Shown here piece by piece: positions 14,631 to 28,276 of a stretch of DNA of 64,000 nucleotides. Made by a program: the position numbers and the translations under genes. This DNA is from Eledone cirrhosa (Eukaryota), in NCBI GenBank assembly GCA_964016885.1, contig OZ024740.1:66154001-66218000 (forward strand), given 5' to 3'. The first letter of the stretch is position 1, and the number at the start of each line of letters is the position of its first letter. The notes below the pieces were generated by a model. That model searched no databases. It saw only the letters and a program-made list of their open reading frames with translations, and was not told the DNA's origin.

Positions 14631-14810
14631 TGGCATATAGTAACGGCCCTTTGCGTTCTGAGTTCAAACACAACCGGGATTAGCGTTGCCGTTCATCCTT
14701 ACGGGGACGATAAAATAATGAACCAGTAATGTATTGGGTCAAGTTAATCGACTTTCCCAACCCCTAAAATTGTTGGCCGTTTATTATTATTATCATTATT
14801 ATCATTGTTG
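14630..14810 (+). mobile_element. tRNA-type SINE, 5'-truncated
   Basis: ctgagttcaaa..ttcatccttacggggacgataaaa..ccagtaatgtattggg, followed by a (TTA)n tail. Confidence 0.7.
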
Positions 14811-17594
14811 TTATTGTTGTTGTTTTGTTGCTGTTTATTATTGTTCCTTCTTTGTAGTTGCAAATAACTGTCCTCGTCTATGACAGATTAAAACATATGA
14901 ACAAATAAATAGCATGATGCATATTTGATGAACGCTCGAGTAGCCACATTATGTGTCGAACCTTAAATCATTCAGTAGCTAGTAAAATCGGTAAACTTAC
15001 AAACGTATAGAAAAAAACAAATTCACCATATTCATTTCTGGAAATCAAAGATACAAGCATTAGAATGCAAATGTGAATACCAATATACGCATGGAGTATT
15101 TAAAATATTGATATTTAGATACATTCATAATAAATATGCTGGTCGTACAGAGTTGAATATGTTGTTATAGAGATAATGTTTAAGTTTTTACATAACTATT
15201 GTAGCATTCAGACTTTAGTAGAAATATTCGTATTTCTGTTAATCATATTCTTGTTCTTTGACCATAATAATAAGATTCCAATTATACGTTTATTTTTCTG
15301 TATAGTTTTAATGGGCACAGAAAATATACTTTGATCTCTCTTTTTGTTCGATTAATTTCCTGCAGAGGAGAAACCTTTGATTATTAACCCTTTGATCATT
15401 ATCACATTAAATCACGATATGTTGAAGGGTAAGTCTTTCGTTCAACAAAGTAAAAATCACTTGAGCAGCGAGTGCTTGGTGGTCATTGGAGAACAATTAA
15501 GGAAATAATCACAATGGGTGTGGTTCTGGACCACCATGAAATAGTTCTAACAACAAAAGAAATAGCCCTGCAATACTCTAAAATGTATTTCAATCTTTTT
15601 GTGCAAATTTATATATTTTCAAAATGGATCCCAACCACAATTAAAAGTGTGTGTAATTATTTATATTTAAAAACCTTCAAGAATAAAACATTAGATATTT
15701 CATATACATTCAGGTTTCTCGGCGTTACCTAATTTTGAACCTTTTGATACCAAATTTATATCTACCTAAAACCTTTCCATCATAATTTATGTAAAGAACC
15801 TTGTTACGATGTGTTCCAAACGCCAGCTTAATAATAAAAAAAGTTATTTATTTTGCTAAATTCATCCAAACTATTGATTGTTTTCAAAATTATTTGAAAA
15901 TCATAGGCTGTGTCTTTAATTAAATGCATGGTAATGAAAGGGTTATGGCCTATAGTTCATTGTTGTAATATACTCCTAGATGTCCTCACAGAAATTAAAA
16001 AAAAATTGTGTATGAATGAATGGAAGCAGCAGTTGTACAAGCTGACTTGAATAAAAAAAAGTGTTGTAGAAATATATAGTAAATATATTTATACTTATAT
16101 TTAATTACATCCACGTTACAACATAGCGGGAAGAATTTAAAATCATATGTTTAATTACATTATCAAAAACATTCATTCTTAAATAAATTGAACCGGGGCT
16201 TTATGCAGTTGCTTTTACAGAATATATTAACGCAATTGCATTAATATTGCTTTTCAGTCTACGTTGCACATTAATATTTTTAAACGGAATGGTAGTTCAG
16301 GAAAAATATTATATATACATAAACATTAAGATTTACATCGAGGATGTTATAACGTACTTACATTTCAGGTAGTAAATATTTGAAGATCATCTTGACAGAA
16401 GGTTTAATATAACATTTAATCGTGCTTATTATTGTCATACTAAAGTAAATGTTGCATTGGCTTTCATATTATTAATTTTGAAAACTCAAATTCCTACTCA
16501 AGTATCAAGGTTTGCATAAACAAATAGCTATAATTCATCAAATGCGGTGCAGAATTGATATTAAATATTAAACTAAAATTCTGAATAATGTCGATATTTG
16601 TTGAAAGTTGCGGAATATAAATCCTTGTACATTATATATATATATCTTAATATATTATATATAGTAAAATACTACTATATCGCAGTCGTTAACTCATTAA
16701 TTATTAATTTTCGTTTATGTGGTTATACGGATAATCGTATTCAAACCGGATATCCTTACGTAAACGATGTGTCTAAACATATTGAAAAGAAAACACATAT
16801 ATATAGAAATGGATTAGTGATATCTCGAAATTATGTATTCTGATATACAAAATGTTGCTGACAATGTGTCATTTGATATCGTTTGGATTCCTCGATTCGT
16901 GTCTTTTTTCATATGAACGTTATACAATATTCAATACACATTTTTATCAGATTTCATGGTTCAGCGAGTTGTGCACGGGTGAAACTTTATAGAAAAATGT
17001 GAAGCAATTGAATTACTGAATACATGTTTGCTTACAAATAAGAATTCAAGTCCAACTATAAATTGAATGTGAGACAATAGTTACTGAATTGAAGTTTAAC
17101 AGCGTAAAAATGATCCAAGGTTTGAACCATGTCACCAATATAACGAACAAAATCTTAATGTTCAAATAATGCAATTTTGTTCCAGAAAAAACAAGGTAAT
17201 TTAGCAGATTGCATCAATATTAATTAAATATATTTGATGTTTACTAAATTCTTATGATTATTATACGATGTATATTCTCGATTAATGCAAGAAAATAATT
17301 GTAATCAATATACACAAAACATTTATGAGGAAAATGTATATTTCTTGTTAGAAGCAAGACTTTCTCTTTTAAAGCTTTTGAAAATATCAGTCATTCTTTA
17401 AATATTAAGGTTGCTTCAAAGAATTGATGGTGAAAAAAACATCAATTCACATTTTCAGCGGAAATTTTAATATATGGCAATACATATAAAGGATTTAATG
17501 AAGATTACATAGGTAAACAAATGTATTACTATTCATCGTCGAAAAATAAGGCATACCATTACTAGACGGATTCCACTTATTTATGCATTTAAAG

Positions 17595-17943
17595 CAGAGG
17601 TTAACAAATCATACGGGCCACCGCCCCCCTCACGGCCATGTAATCAACGCCACCAACACCATTTCCAGGCAGTCTGCCGACACGCAAATTGCAAATAATA
17701 TATAATAAATATAATCGTTAATTTATATGTAACAAATATTATAATATTTACTAATGTATAAATAAATATTATGTATTTTTTTATTTCACTATATTTATAT
17801 ATAATGAGTATCATTTGATAATTAATATACTATTATATCAACTCTACCGCAAAACACCCACCCACCACCCTATTCAGCCGCAGCGTCCCCTGTAACTTCT
17901 CAATTCCCTCGGCGGATGATAGCCCCCAATTTGAGAACCTCTG
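17595..17943. mobile_element. Non-autonomous hAT-like MITE
   Basis: Termini cagaggtt...aacctctg; imperfect 8-bp flanks atttaaag / attaaaac; no ORF. Confidence 0.6.
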
Positions 17944-18944
17944 ATTAAAACCTTTGTCCAACAAATACTCCGAATTCTATGCCTTTCAATTTACAATTGT
18001 TCATACAAAATTGCAGATCAACATCAGATAAATAAAGTGAATAAGCTAGCAAATTGAATTAAAATTTATATTTAGCAAGAAATACCCACTGATAAGTATT
18101 CACCCAGAAACACGTAGATAAATTCAAACACATGCATACGTCCAACTATGTGCATCTGCTGCTTATTCTGTTAAACGATATATTCACAGAATTTGCTCAG
18201 CTTTGATTTCATTAAACCAAAACAGCCAAGACATTTCATGAGATTATTTCTTGCACTGTCACGTGACACTAATGCACAAACCTTGTGGAGAACTAATATA
18301 ATTCTATGCATTATCTTCTGACAATCTTTTGACCATCTAATAGAACAATAATCAAATATCAATATTGTCCATGTTATATCCATAATATCCTAAAGATCCT
18401 GTCAGATGCGGGACAGTTACGGTATAGCCTAACATCCAACCATTTAATACTATTTTTAAAAAATATGAAATTGTGAAAGCGGTTAACGCAATATAAATAC
18501 GCGTTCTTAAAGATTCCTACTGAATTTTCATTTTGTTTTGTTGGGGTATGTGGGGCCGGGTGGGAAATTGTTTTTCTTCAGCCCACACTTATAACTGTTG
18601 CTGGTATCGGTTGCGGCATTAAGTGATTGTGCGTGCTGCTTTATATGTTGTATGGCGTAATGATGCATAATAATAATAATAATAATAATAATAATGCTTT
18701 CTTTATTAACCACAAGGGTTTACATAAAGTATACATTAAGGAAAGTACAGGACAATACAGGACGGTACAAATGGGCATTTCTGCGTGTAAAAAAACAGAG
18801 GATGTAATAAAAAAAAATAACAATGAAAAATTTCCCAATACAGGGGAAGACTTCCGACGGACAATTGTGGAGAAAGCCCATTAAAAGGCCACAGTGACCC
18901 TGACCACCAGGGCAAGTGCCCTCTCCCAGTTTTCCACCTTTAAT

Positions 18945-21900
18945 TTACAGACACATACTCAGAGTAGGCCCATTCACTCGGGCCATACTTGCTTCTCTCA
19001 CCCATCTTTCAACAAAATGCTGGGAAGAGAGCACTTCCCTCTCTACCCTGATTTTTCTTTTCAAATGAAATTTGAAAAAGTTAATCAGGGCATCACCGAA
19101 GAGGTAATTGCTCGTCTTCAGCCCTTTCAAACGTGTCCACCATACTATCTCTTTCGCCATGGCCACCAGACAGATAAAAATTGCCTGCCCTTCCCGGCTA
19201 AAGGAAGAGGGCGGGGCAATCATCACGATGGACTCAGCTGATAGCTGGATCCGTCCTACACGTGACAGCAGGTGTTCGACATAAACCCACAAGTCAGCAA
19301 TGCTCGGACACTGGACGAGTACGTGCAGGACGGTTTCGTCACCCTGGGCGCATCTCGGACATGCCCGGCTGACGGCACCTCCATGCCTGTAGAGTTTATC
19401 CCGAACTGGCAAAGCTCCTCGGTAGCACTGCCAGGCCAGGGATTTCTGGAAGTTGTCCATAGGCCCCGGCCCGAAAGTCCTTCCGAAGAGATTGGCTAGT
19501 TGATTTTCGTCGACGCCTAGAGTTTCTCCAAGTACGTCGTCGCTCCCCCTCCACTAATCCTCTATAGAACGCCAAGGTGGAGTTTCCACCGATCACATTG
19601 CCCGCTTGATCGAGGGCTGTGAGCACCTGAAGACATTCCAGTCTCCAAGCGCTCCCTCTCCGTCTTCGCTTGACCCAAGACTGCAGCTCCGTGAAGGAGA
19701 CGAGCTGGGGAAAGACGTTTCTAGCAAACGGCGACCACACCTGATCACCGTCGAGGAAGAGGTGGAGATGTTGTAGCCTGAGCGCGTGTCTGCGCATCAT
19801 CAGCCACGGCATGCCCAGCCCTCCACGTAGCGGGTGTTGACAGCAGATGGACCGCCTGACCATCGGAGCGCGTCCCTTCCACAAAAAGCGAAAAAGCAAA
19901 CGCTCCAGCGCAGTCAGGCGGGGCTTAGGACAAGGTTCGACGGTCAGGCGGTAGTAGATAACGGATGTGATGTACGGGTTAGCCACCTCCGCTCGACCTT
20001 TCAGGTATAGCTTCCTCTCCGCCCATTTCTGGGTGAGAGAAGCCACCCTAATCGTCAACTCGTCCCAGTTTTCGTCCGTCTGGAGGTCCGGACCGATCAG
20101 ACCCCTAGCAATTTAACCGGTCCGTCCGTCCAGCGCCCGCCGACGCTGTTGGACGGCATGGACCTGCCTCTCCAGGTGCTGAGCTGCAGGCCCACTGACT
20201 TTTCCTGGTTGATCATTGCTCCTGTCACCGCTTCGTATTCTCTTAGTGTAGTACCGATCGCCTCGATGTGTTTGGCGTTCGACACTACTACGGTGACATC
20301 GTCCGCATATGCTGACAAGGATCTTCCGCATCCTAGTTCGCGCGGGACGCCCCTCAACGTCTCCAGTTTGTGCAATAATGGCTCGAGAGTCAATACGTAC
20401 AAGAGGGACGAGAGGGGACATCCTTGGCGGACCGAGCGCATGATGTTGAACGGTTCCGAAAGGTGAGCGTTCACTCTCACCACAGAGCAGATGTCGCTGT
20501 GCATGGCAGCGATCCAGCATCTGAAGACGGGCCCAAAGCCAGCCGCCCTCAGGACTGCCGCTAGATAACGATGGTCGACCCTATCAAAAGCTTTCGACTG
20601 ATCTAAATTGATCAAGGACCCACCCGTGCCATGTTCCCTAGCTACCCTCACTACGATGTATCGCCTGAGGTAGAGGTTGTCGTGGATGGATCTGTAGGGA
20701 ATGGCGCATTTCTGCGCCTCTCCCTTCAGACCACCAACGACACCGCCAACCTCTTTGCTAGCACCTTGGCCAAAATCTTGAACTCTATGTTTAGCAGAGT
20801 TATGGGCCTAAAATTGTCTATGTTATCCCCCTTGTTCGGATCCTTTCTCAGCAGCGCCACCGCTCCTCGGCTCACAGAGCTGGGAATTCTCCCGGCCTGT
20901 TGCCACTAGCAGTAGACGTCCTCCAAAAGGCCTCCGAACAAGTCTGGCATTTGTACGTAAAGTTCATAGGGCAGACCATCCAAACCAGGCGATTTACCCC
21001 TTGTGCAGCCAGTCATTGCCTCCCGTACTTCAGCGGCTGTTATCGGCTTTTCGCAACACTCCGCCTCAGTGGCCGAGAGTCGCGGCAGTCCGTCGATGTA
21101 GACACTAAAGCCTACCCCTCGATCCGGCCCGCCACTGCCCCCGAACAGTTGAGCGAAGTGTCGCTGAAAAGCTTCACACATGTTTCCCGGGATCGAGTAG
21201 CATGCGCCCGTCGTGGTCCACCAAAGACCGAATCGTGGCTTTGTTGTCACGACGCGCCTCCGCCACTCGGGCCCATTGAACGGCTTTCGTCCCCTCATAT
21301 CTGAGAGCACGCACCCTAGCTGTGACAACGCAGCCTTCGTGCTTTGCATTGAAGAATTTGGTCAGGGGCCAATTTCGCCGCAAGTAGGTCGGTCGCGATG
21401 CCTCGTCTAATTTTCTAACTAATTCTCCCTCTGCTCTATTTTTCTCTATTGCTAAAGCCTTACTAAACCTAATAGACTCTATTCTAATTGCTCTTTTCAG
21501 AGCAAACCACCACTTGTTGTTGACGATGGCCCCCGTCAACGCCCGCTTAACTAGTTCCTTTTTCCGGTCTCTGTAGGCCTTGCCCGCTGGTAAGGACGTG
21601 TTTAGCTTCCAGTAGCCGGGTCCTCTTCTATGAAGCCTATCTAATTCAAGCACACAGATCACGAATTTGTTGTACGTGTAGCTGACTATTTTGAATTGTG
21701 GACAGCCTAGGCTAGGCCTACCTATTTCCCTACAAAATAATCTATCTAGATATGATCTGGATCACCCTATGCGATTTGTCCAAGTCCACATTGGCACATT
21801 CGGGAAATCCAATCGGTACCTGTCAGACGGTTCAAAACGCGTGAGCAGGTTGATGAGACTCTTGCACCCTCCTCCCCTATCTGCTAATCCCACACATTCC

Positions 21901-22349
21901 CAGCGTGCATCTAAGATCCCGTTCCAGTCGCCCACTAACACTAAAGAGCGGGACGTTCCAAGAAAGATCTCCAGACGCCTGAAGAAATCAGGCCGCCCTG
22001 CTCCTGTCGGGGCATAGACGGCCACTAGCCTCAAAGCTTGCCTGTCTCCGCTTGTCACGTCCAGCACCACCAACTTACCTTCTAGGTCCAGGAAGATGTC
22101 CCGTATGGTGAGATCCAAATCTCTCCGAAAAAGCACAGCAACTCGTCCCTCTGATCCCAGACGGCTGGGAGATGCGAACACATCGTAGCCGCCGAAGTTC
22201 GGTGCGAAGTCCCGTGCTTCGGAGATTCTGGATTCGCTGATGGCCACTACATCTATGTTTAGTGACCTGTGGTCGTTGAGCAGGTGTCCCTGCTTCCATG
22301 ACGACCTCAAGCCACGCACATTTATGCTGCCTATTCTGAGTGAGGTCAT
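18945..22349 (-). pseudogene. LINE ORF2 (AP endonuclease, RT, C-terminal zinc finger), multiple frameshifts
   Basis: Collinear ORF-track fragments 21762-22349, 21174-21662, 20906-21349, 20097-20651, 19396-20058, 18945-19460. Confidence 0.9.
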
Positions 22350-22982
22350 GTTGAAATGGAGTGGAAAAGATGGGAAAGACCACTAACCCCACTTCTCGTA
22401 GAGGAAGGACGGTTTCTCCATCCTTTTCACTGCTTGTGGTCTCCTCAGGAAGGATGTCCTTATAAATCCTCCTGGAGAGTGCTTGTCGGAAGTCTCCGAT
22501 GTCTTTGGGGAATTTTTGGTTTAGTGTCATGTACCATTTCTGTGTAATGCGAGTGATTTGCATGTGTGGAGCTGGTGTGAACTTTTGAGTTGTTGTGTAG
22601 TCTTTTTATGTGATGCTGGTGTTGTGTTGGATGTAGTGTAATAATTGGTTGTTGTTCAAATTTAATGCTGTGTAGTGTGTATCATTTTCGTTGTTTTGTT
22701 TTGTTTGTGTTTGTTGTGGGTTTGTATCTGTTTCGCTTTTTGGTGACTTGTGTGGTGTAGGTGATGGTGGTGTTGGGGTTAATGATGGTGATGGTGTTCG
22801 TGTTTAGGGTGATGGGGTTGGTGATGATTGTGTGGATGGTGGCATATATGTCCTAACTTTTTTGTTTGATAGTTTATTTGTTTCCCTCTGTATTTTGTTT
22901 TTGGAGGGGGAGGGAAGAGAATTTTTTTCATTTTTGGTTTCTTTTTTTCTTTTTTCCTGATACCGTTTCCCATTCCTCGTCG

Positions 22983-24165
22983 TCACAATCTGTCTCCTGT
23001 TGTGATAGGCCGGCGAGTGGAAAATCCTCCACAGGCGTTGGTTTTGGTTGTGGCGTGGTGGATGAAGTAGGCGCTGGTGCTAGTTCTGGCGTTGGGTGGT
23101 GGTTGTGTTGGTTTTTCTACTGTTGCTGGGGTTGTTGCTGTTACAGTTGCTCCTGTTGTTGCTGCTACAGTTGTTGCTCCCATCACTGCTGCTGGTGGTG
23201 TTGATGGTTGAGTCACTGGGGTGGGTCGGAGAGGTGGTCTCAACCTTTTAGCCTGGGGGAAGAAAGCCCTTAGGTGGGTTCCTTCACCACAAACGAAACA
23301 CCTAGGCCTTCTGCCCTCGACAATTACGGTGAGGTGGCTGCCGTCAGTGAGGTCTATTACCTCTGGGATCTCCTCAATGCTTTTTTGCTCCGCTTGGATG
23401 AGGAGCTCCATCCCAGATCCGAACCAGTTCTCCTGCTTTTCTTTCGCTATTTCGATTATCTTAGTGTTGGCTTCGATGCCGCCGAGGATGGCAGCTATTA
23501 GCCAGGGAATTTCGATGGCCGGTGGAACGTGGGTGACCCTGATATTTACGAGTCTCTGGCCACAATACGTTGGGACGAGTGTGAAGTCGTCACTTCTTAT
23601 GGGGCCATGGAGTGTTCTCTAGCTTCCTGTGGTGTTTCAAAGAACACGTCCACGGTTCCATATTTCTGCCCACGTCTGATGTGGGGGTTTTTTTCCCACA
23701 CATGTGGCAAAGCATTTTGGATTTGGGACTCGGATGCCCGTTCCACAGGCGCGATTTTATATTAATTGTTCGATAAGACACGGTGCATAGGCGCCGATGC
23801 TCAATTTTATTAGGTGTGGTGGTGAGGCTGACCCTGTACCCATCTTTCTTTACCATTTTTTTGGCTTCTTCTAATTCCTCCTGAGTTACCTGAAATGCTT
23901 CGCATGTTTTTGCTCCTCTGCCAAAACTCAGGGTGGTTTTCTTAATTTCATTGTTGCTGTTGTTGTTATCGTTATTTTTGTTATTATTAATTTTAGTTTC
24001 ATTTGTTGTGGTGGTGGTGACAGTGGTGTTCGGTGTGGAAGAGTGCATTTTGGTTGAATTCATTTCGATATGACGAGTTAATTTATTTTTTTCTTTTGTT
24101 TCTATTGTCGCGGTGGTGGAGGGGGGGGGTTGTCGCGATGGTAGTGGTGGTGGCGGCTTTAACAC
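22983..24165 (-). pseudogene. LINE ORF1 (gag-like, CCHC-type knuckle), frameshifted
   Basis: VIVEGRRPRCFVCGEGTHLRAFFP upstream of ORF2, with low-complexity Thr/Asn/Pro flanks. Confidence 0.7.
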
Positions 24166-24299
24166 CTGCAGTCATTGGTAATGGCGGTAAATGAATATCT
24201 GCCTGAGACTAATTTAAAATATTGCTACTGCTTATATTTTTAGTGTTGGCAAACGTAGTAATATTTACAATGGTGGTGTCGGTGTGAGGTGTTGGTTTG

Positions 24300-25209
24300 T
24301 GAGGAAGGCTGTCAGACCAGGGGATGTCCAAGGAGGAAATAACAACAAGGGGAAAGAGCAGCCTTCATGAATAAGCCCTTCATAGTACCTTCTTTGAGAA
24401 AACTGAATTCAGAGATCCACAGACATGGAACTGGTTGAAAAGAAGAGACCTTAAAACGGCTACAGAAGGAATGCTAATGGCTGCGCAAGAGCAGACCCTC
24501 AAAACGAGGTGGCTGAGACACCATATTTACAAGGAGCAGGCTAGCCTACTGTTTAGGATCTGTGGAGAGAGAGAGAGGAGACTGTGGCTCACATTGTATC
24601 CGAGTGTAAACACCTAGCCCAGCCTCATTATAAAAGCAGGAGTCATGACATGATGGGCAGTGTGATCCACTGGCCCCTATGCAAAGTAAACAATTTACCA
24701 CATTCTGAGAAGTGGTATGAGCATAAGCCAGAGTCGTTCATAGAAAACGATCAGGTGAAGGTGCTATGGGATTTTAGGATACAGACGGACAAGAAACTGG
24801 AACACAATAAACCTGACCTGGTGGTTTTGGGCAAGGAATAAAGATCGTGCCTGATTGTGGATGTAGCCTGCCCATTCGACACGAGTCTGCAAGAGAAGGA
24901 GAGGGAGAACATTAACCGATACCAGGACTTAAAGTGCGAGGTAAAAAGGATTTGGAACTGCCATGAAGTCAAAGTGGTCCCTATTGCCATAGGCGCACTA
25001 GGTACTATCTCAAAGAGATTCCAAGAATGGTTAAAGAAAATTGGTCCCGTCCCGCTTTTTGGAACACTTCAAAAGGCATGCTTGCTGGGAACAGCAAGAA
25101 CCCTCCGATACGTCCTGCATATCTGAGGTTGCAGGTAGTGGCTTGATATTCATTTCAACAAACATTCCCGTTAAATAACGTCAATGACTGAGACTCAAAG
25201 AACAATAAT

Positions 25210-25218
<9 letters not shown>
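24300..25218 (+). mobile_element. 3' fragment of an R4/Dong-like RLE non-LTR retrotransposon
   Basis: TEGMLMAAQEQ, RICGE..HIVSEC, LWDFRIQTD..HNKPDLVV, DVACPFD, RYQDL, VVPIAIGALG, LQKACLLGTA; ends in an (AAT)n-like tail. Confidence 0.85.
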
Positions 25219-25253
<35 letters not shown>

Positions 25254-25932
25254 CTATAGATTCTTCAGATACTTTTTCTATAGTGTAAATTAGAGACCAT
25301 ATTATTCTACGTCGTAAACAATTCTGTTTACTTTTACCTGCTATTATTTGTTAAGGAATTAATCAAATGTGCAAAAAAGAAGTTTAAATGTTTTGCCACA
25401 GTTTAAATGCCGACAGTTTTGTTTAAAATTGATAATACAATCATTAAACATGGTGTAGCAGATATTTTGTCGCAACGTTTATTGCTAAAGTTCAATCTTT
25501 TCAAACGGCATTTCCTGTATATGTTAAGAACGTGCCAAATTGTATTTTCAAATATTAAAACATACAGATTTTATGGTGATATTGGTAAAGGATATGGTTT
25601 TCTTTTAAGCCAAAACAATTATTACTATATATATGACATGATTATGGTGGGTTCCTTGCAGCTATAACATATCCTACAACATGGATATTTTCTGCAAGAA
25701 ATATTACATGCAATCAGGTGTAAAGAACGTGTTGGATTAATTGCACCACAAAACAAACACAGGAAAATATTACTAAAGCTCACAATTTTATAGATGCAAC
25801 AGTCTGAAAATTTGTCGAAAGTTTGCATTGTGATTTTTTTTTTATTGTTATTTTATCAACGTTAACATTTTCTATCATTAATTATAAGAAATGAGTTACA
25901 TCCGCACAGAAATGGTTTGAATACAGTGGACA

Positions 25933-26085
25933 TCTTCTTCTTCTTCTTCTTCTTCAGCGGGCCCTGTTAGAAGCAACAGTCTCCAACTCATCTGGCCGGA
26001 TCCCCATGATCATGGAAGTTATCCAACCATCCTGCTGGGGTCCACCCATGGGTCTCATGCTGGTTGCTTTTGGAGGTAACATTAA
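25933..26085 (-). mobile_element. Short 3' end of an RTE-like LINE
   Basis: Minus strand encodes RPMGGP..W..PDELETVASNRAR* running straight into a (GAA)n tail. Confidence 0.45.
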
Positions 26086-26144
26086 TACGCCTGGTACATA
26101 ATATAGGTGAAACATATACGATACGCGTATCGTATAATGTATAA

Positions 26145-26330
26145 TTGTTTCTACTTTTGGTACAAGGCCAGCAATTATCTGCGCATTACTGGTACTTTAT
26201 ATTATCGACCCCGTAACGATGAAATGCAAATTTAAACTCGGCGGGATTTGAACTCAGAATGACAAGGGCCGTAACTCTATGCGTCAAAGCATGGTGTCCG
26301 ACCCTCTACCGATACAGCCAATCCACCGTC
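26145..26330 (-). mobile_element. tRNA-type SINE
   Basis: Reverse complement of 26780-26970; B-box-like ctgagttcaaatccc. Confidence 0.8.
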
Positions 26331-26779
26331 GTATAATAAACACAAAATACACGCTATGAGAGAAAATAATTGTTTCGTTGTGAAAATACATTGTGAGAAA
26401 TTCATCTCAGTGGCTAATGGCAATATTACACACATGCTTCAAAATCCAATAGACATTCATCAGTGATTAACCGTGTACTGAGATTAGAATAAACTAAAGC
26501 ATATATTGATATTGTATATTGGACATTTGTTGGAGAGGTTCATTTATATATAGCAAATAAAATGAAAATTGTCATTGTACGTATTTGTGCGTTTTTAACC
26601 TCTGTGGAAGATATAGACACAAAACAGAATAGGTGAAATCACATTCACATGATTATCAAATTATACCATTGCTATTTCCAGGAGAAAGAGGAGGCTTGCA
26701 TGCTTTTCGCGTGGCATTATATTCCCAAAATTGTGCGTTTGTTGTGATCTCAATTCATCAGGCATTATTTCTGTATCAA

Positions 26780-26972
26780 TCGCGGTGAATTGGCAGTATC
26801 GGCAGAGGGTCGGATGCCATTCTTTGCAGCAAAGAGTTACGGCCCTTTATGGTCTGACTTCAGATCCCGCCGAGGTTAACTTTGCCTTTCATCCTTACGG
26901 GGTCGATAAAGTAAAGTACCAGTAGTACACTGGAATAATTGCTGGCCTTGTGCCCAAAAGTAGAAACAATTA
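26780..26972 (+). mobile_element. tRNA-type SINE with conserved central domain
   Basis: A-box-like tggcagtatcgg, B-box-like ttcagatccc, core gcctttcatccttacggggtcgataaa..gtaccag, tail ggccttgtgcccaaaagtagaaac. Confidence 0.8.
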
Positions 26973-27499
26973 TTTCTGTATAAATATGCCACGTCAGTAT
27001 TGGACGCATTGCAACACGTTCATGTGTGTTGTCATTTCCCCGAGGACCAAAAATAATACATACACCAGACACTATGCAATGGCATTCGGTGATTAAAACA
27101 TATTATATCGTTAAGAAGATCCACTGATAAAGTTGTGTTTATTGGATTATTTTCATTTATGTATATAATACTAAAACTCTGTGATTGCTTGCTTACTTGT
27201 CTGCAATGGAATACAGCCAAAACGGCGCATAATGCGAAAATAATTTGAAAGGATGTTGCCCCTGAAATGGGAATACAAATGGAAGAAAACTAATTTCGCG
27301 TAAATAGGACCATGGGTTCCCGACATATGGGGATTTTCCAGGTACCTTCATAAACAAAGAGAGAGAGAGAGAGACAGCGAGGAAGCGATAGTGGTTGTGA
27401 CAGAATAGATTGAAAGAGAGACATAGAGAAAGGAAAAGTAGACAGAGAAGGAGAATGGAAGAGTGGTGGTGTTGTTGTTGTATATATATATGTATGTAG

Positions 27500-27533
<34 letters not shown>

Positions 27534-27571
27534 GTCTGTACATGTGTGTCTATGACCAGTGCATATAGATC

Positions 27572-27707
27572 ACAGACACCCACATGTATATATACAAACA
27601 CACATACAGACACCCACATGTATATATACAAACACACATACAGACACCCACATGTATATATACAAACACACATACAGACACCCACATGTATATATACAAA
27701 CACACAT

Positions 27708-27710
<3 letters not shown>
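27572..27710 (+). repeat. 34-bp minisatellite, about 4 copies
   Basis: Unit acagacacccacatgtatatatacaaacacacat. Confidence 0.85.
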
Positions 27711-27753
<43 letters not shown>

Positions 27754-27759
<6 letters not shown>

Positions 27760-28040
27760 TAAAATAACAGAAAAAAGTTTAAGCAAAGAATCGCTGCTTT
27801 CACCCTTAACGGGATCTTCTGAAACTAACAAAGTCATCTGTAAACGCAGAAGTGGATATTTCAAGAAACGTTGCAACCGGAGGGAGTTTCAGAAGATAAG
27901 GGTGAAAGCAGCGATTCTTTGCTTAAACTTTAATCTGTTATTTTAATAAATTTTTGCTCTACGGTTCTTATATATTTGATATATATTTATCCTTATCGAG
28001 CCCTCTTTGGATTTTAGTCTTCAAATTAATTATTATTACT
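27754..28040. mobile_element. Palindromic TA-flanked mini-element; family copies at 37275-37472 and 52608-52645
   Basis: ~70-bp inverted arms atttattaaaataacag..tcgctgctttcaccctta / taagggtgaaagcagcga..ctgttattttaataaat. Confidence 0.7.
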
Positions 28041-28054
28041 ATATATATATATAT

Positions 28055-28131
<77 letters not shown>

Positions 28132-28247
28132 CACAATTATATATATATACATACACACCTATATGTATATGGACCTTCCCGTTTCATTTCACATTATATA
28201 CATGTCTGTGTATATTTTAATTATTTGAAAATCATTTTTAAATGAAT

Positions 28248-28276
28248 GTGACCCAACGGGTCACGGGTGGTCTAGT
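28248..28276 (+). mobile_element. Helitron-like 3' terminus
   Basis: Hairpin gtgaccc-aac-gggtcac followed 7 nt later by CTAG then T. Confidence 0.5.

Larger units (their letters stand above)
18668..24300 (-). mobile_element. Near full-length L1/Tx1-clade LINE, frameshifted
   Basis: ORF1 pieces 24165-22983 with zinc knuckle CFVCGEGTH; ORF2 pieces 22349-18945: APE (INVRGL, VGDWN), GPGYWKLN, KSPGLDGLPYE, DQSKAFDRVDH, VRQGCPLS, YADD, C-terminal CPRC..ETVLH..C; 3' end abuts (TAA)n. Confidence 0.92.

Noticed and set aside
16951-17196. Possible exon (ttttatcag ... aag|gtaatt)
   Set aside because: All three frames contain stops.
26380-26470. CTGATGA on the minus strand followed by a distant GAAA
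   Set aside because: No pairing for stems I, II or III.
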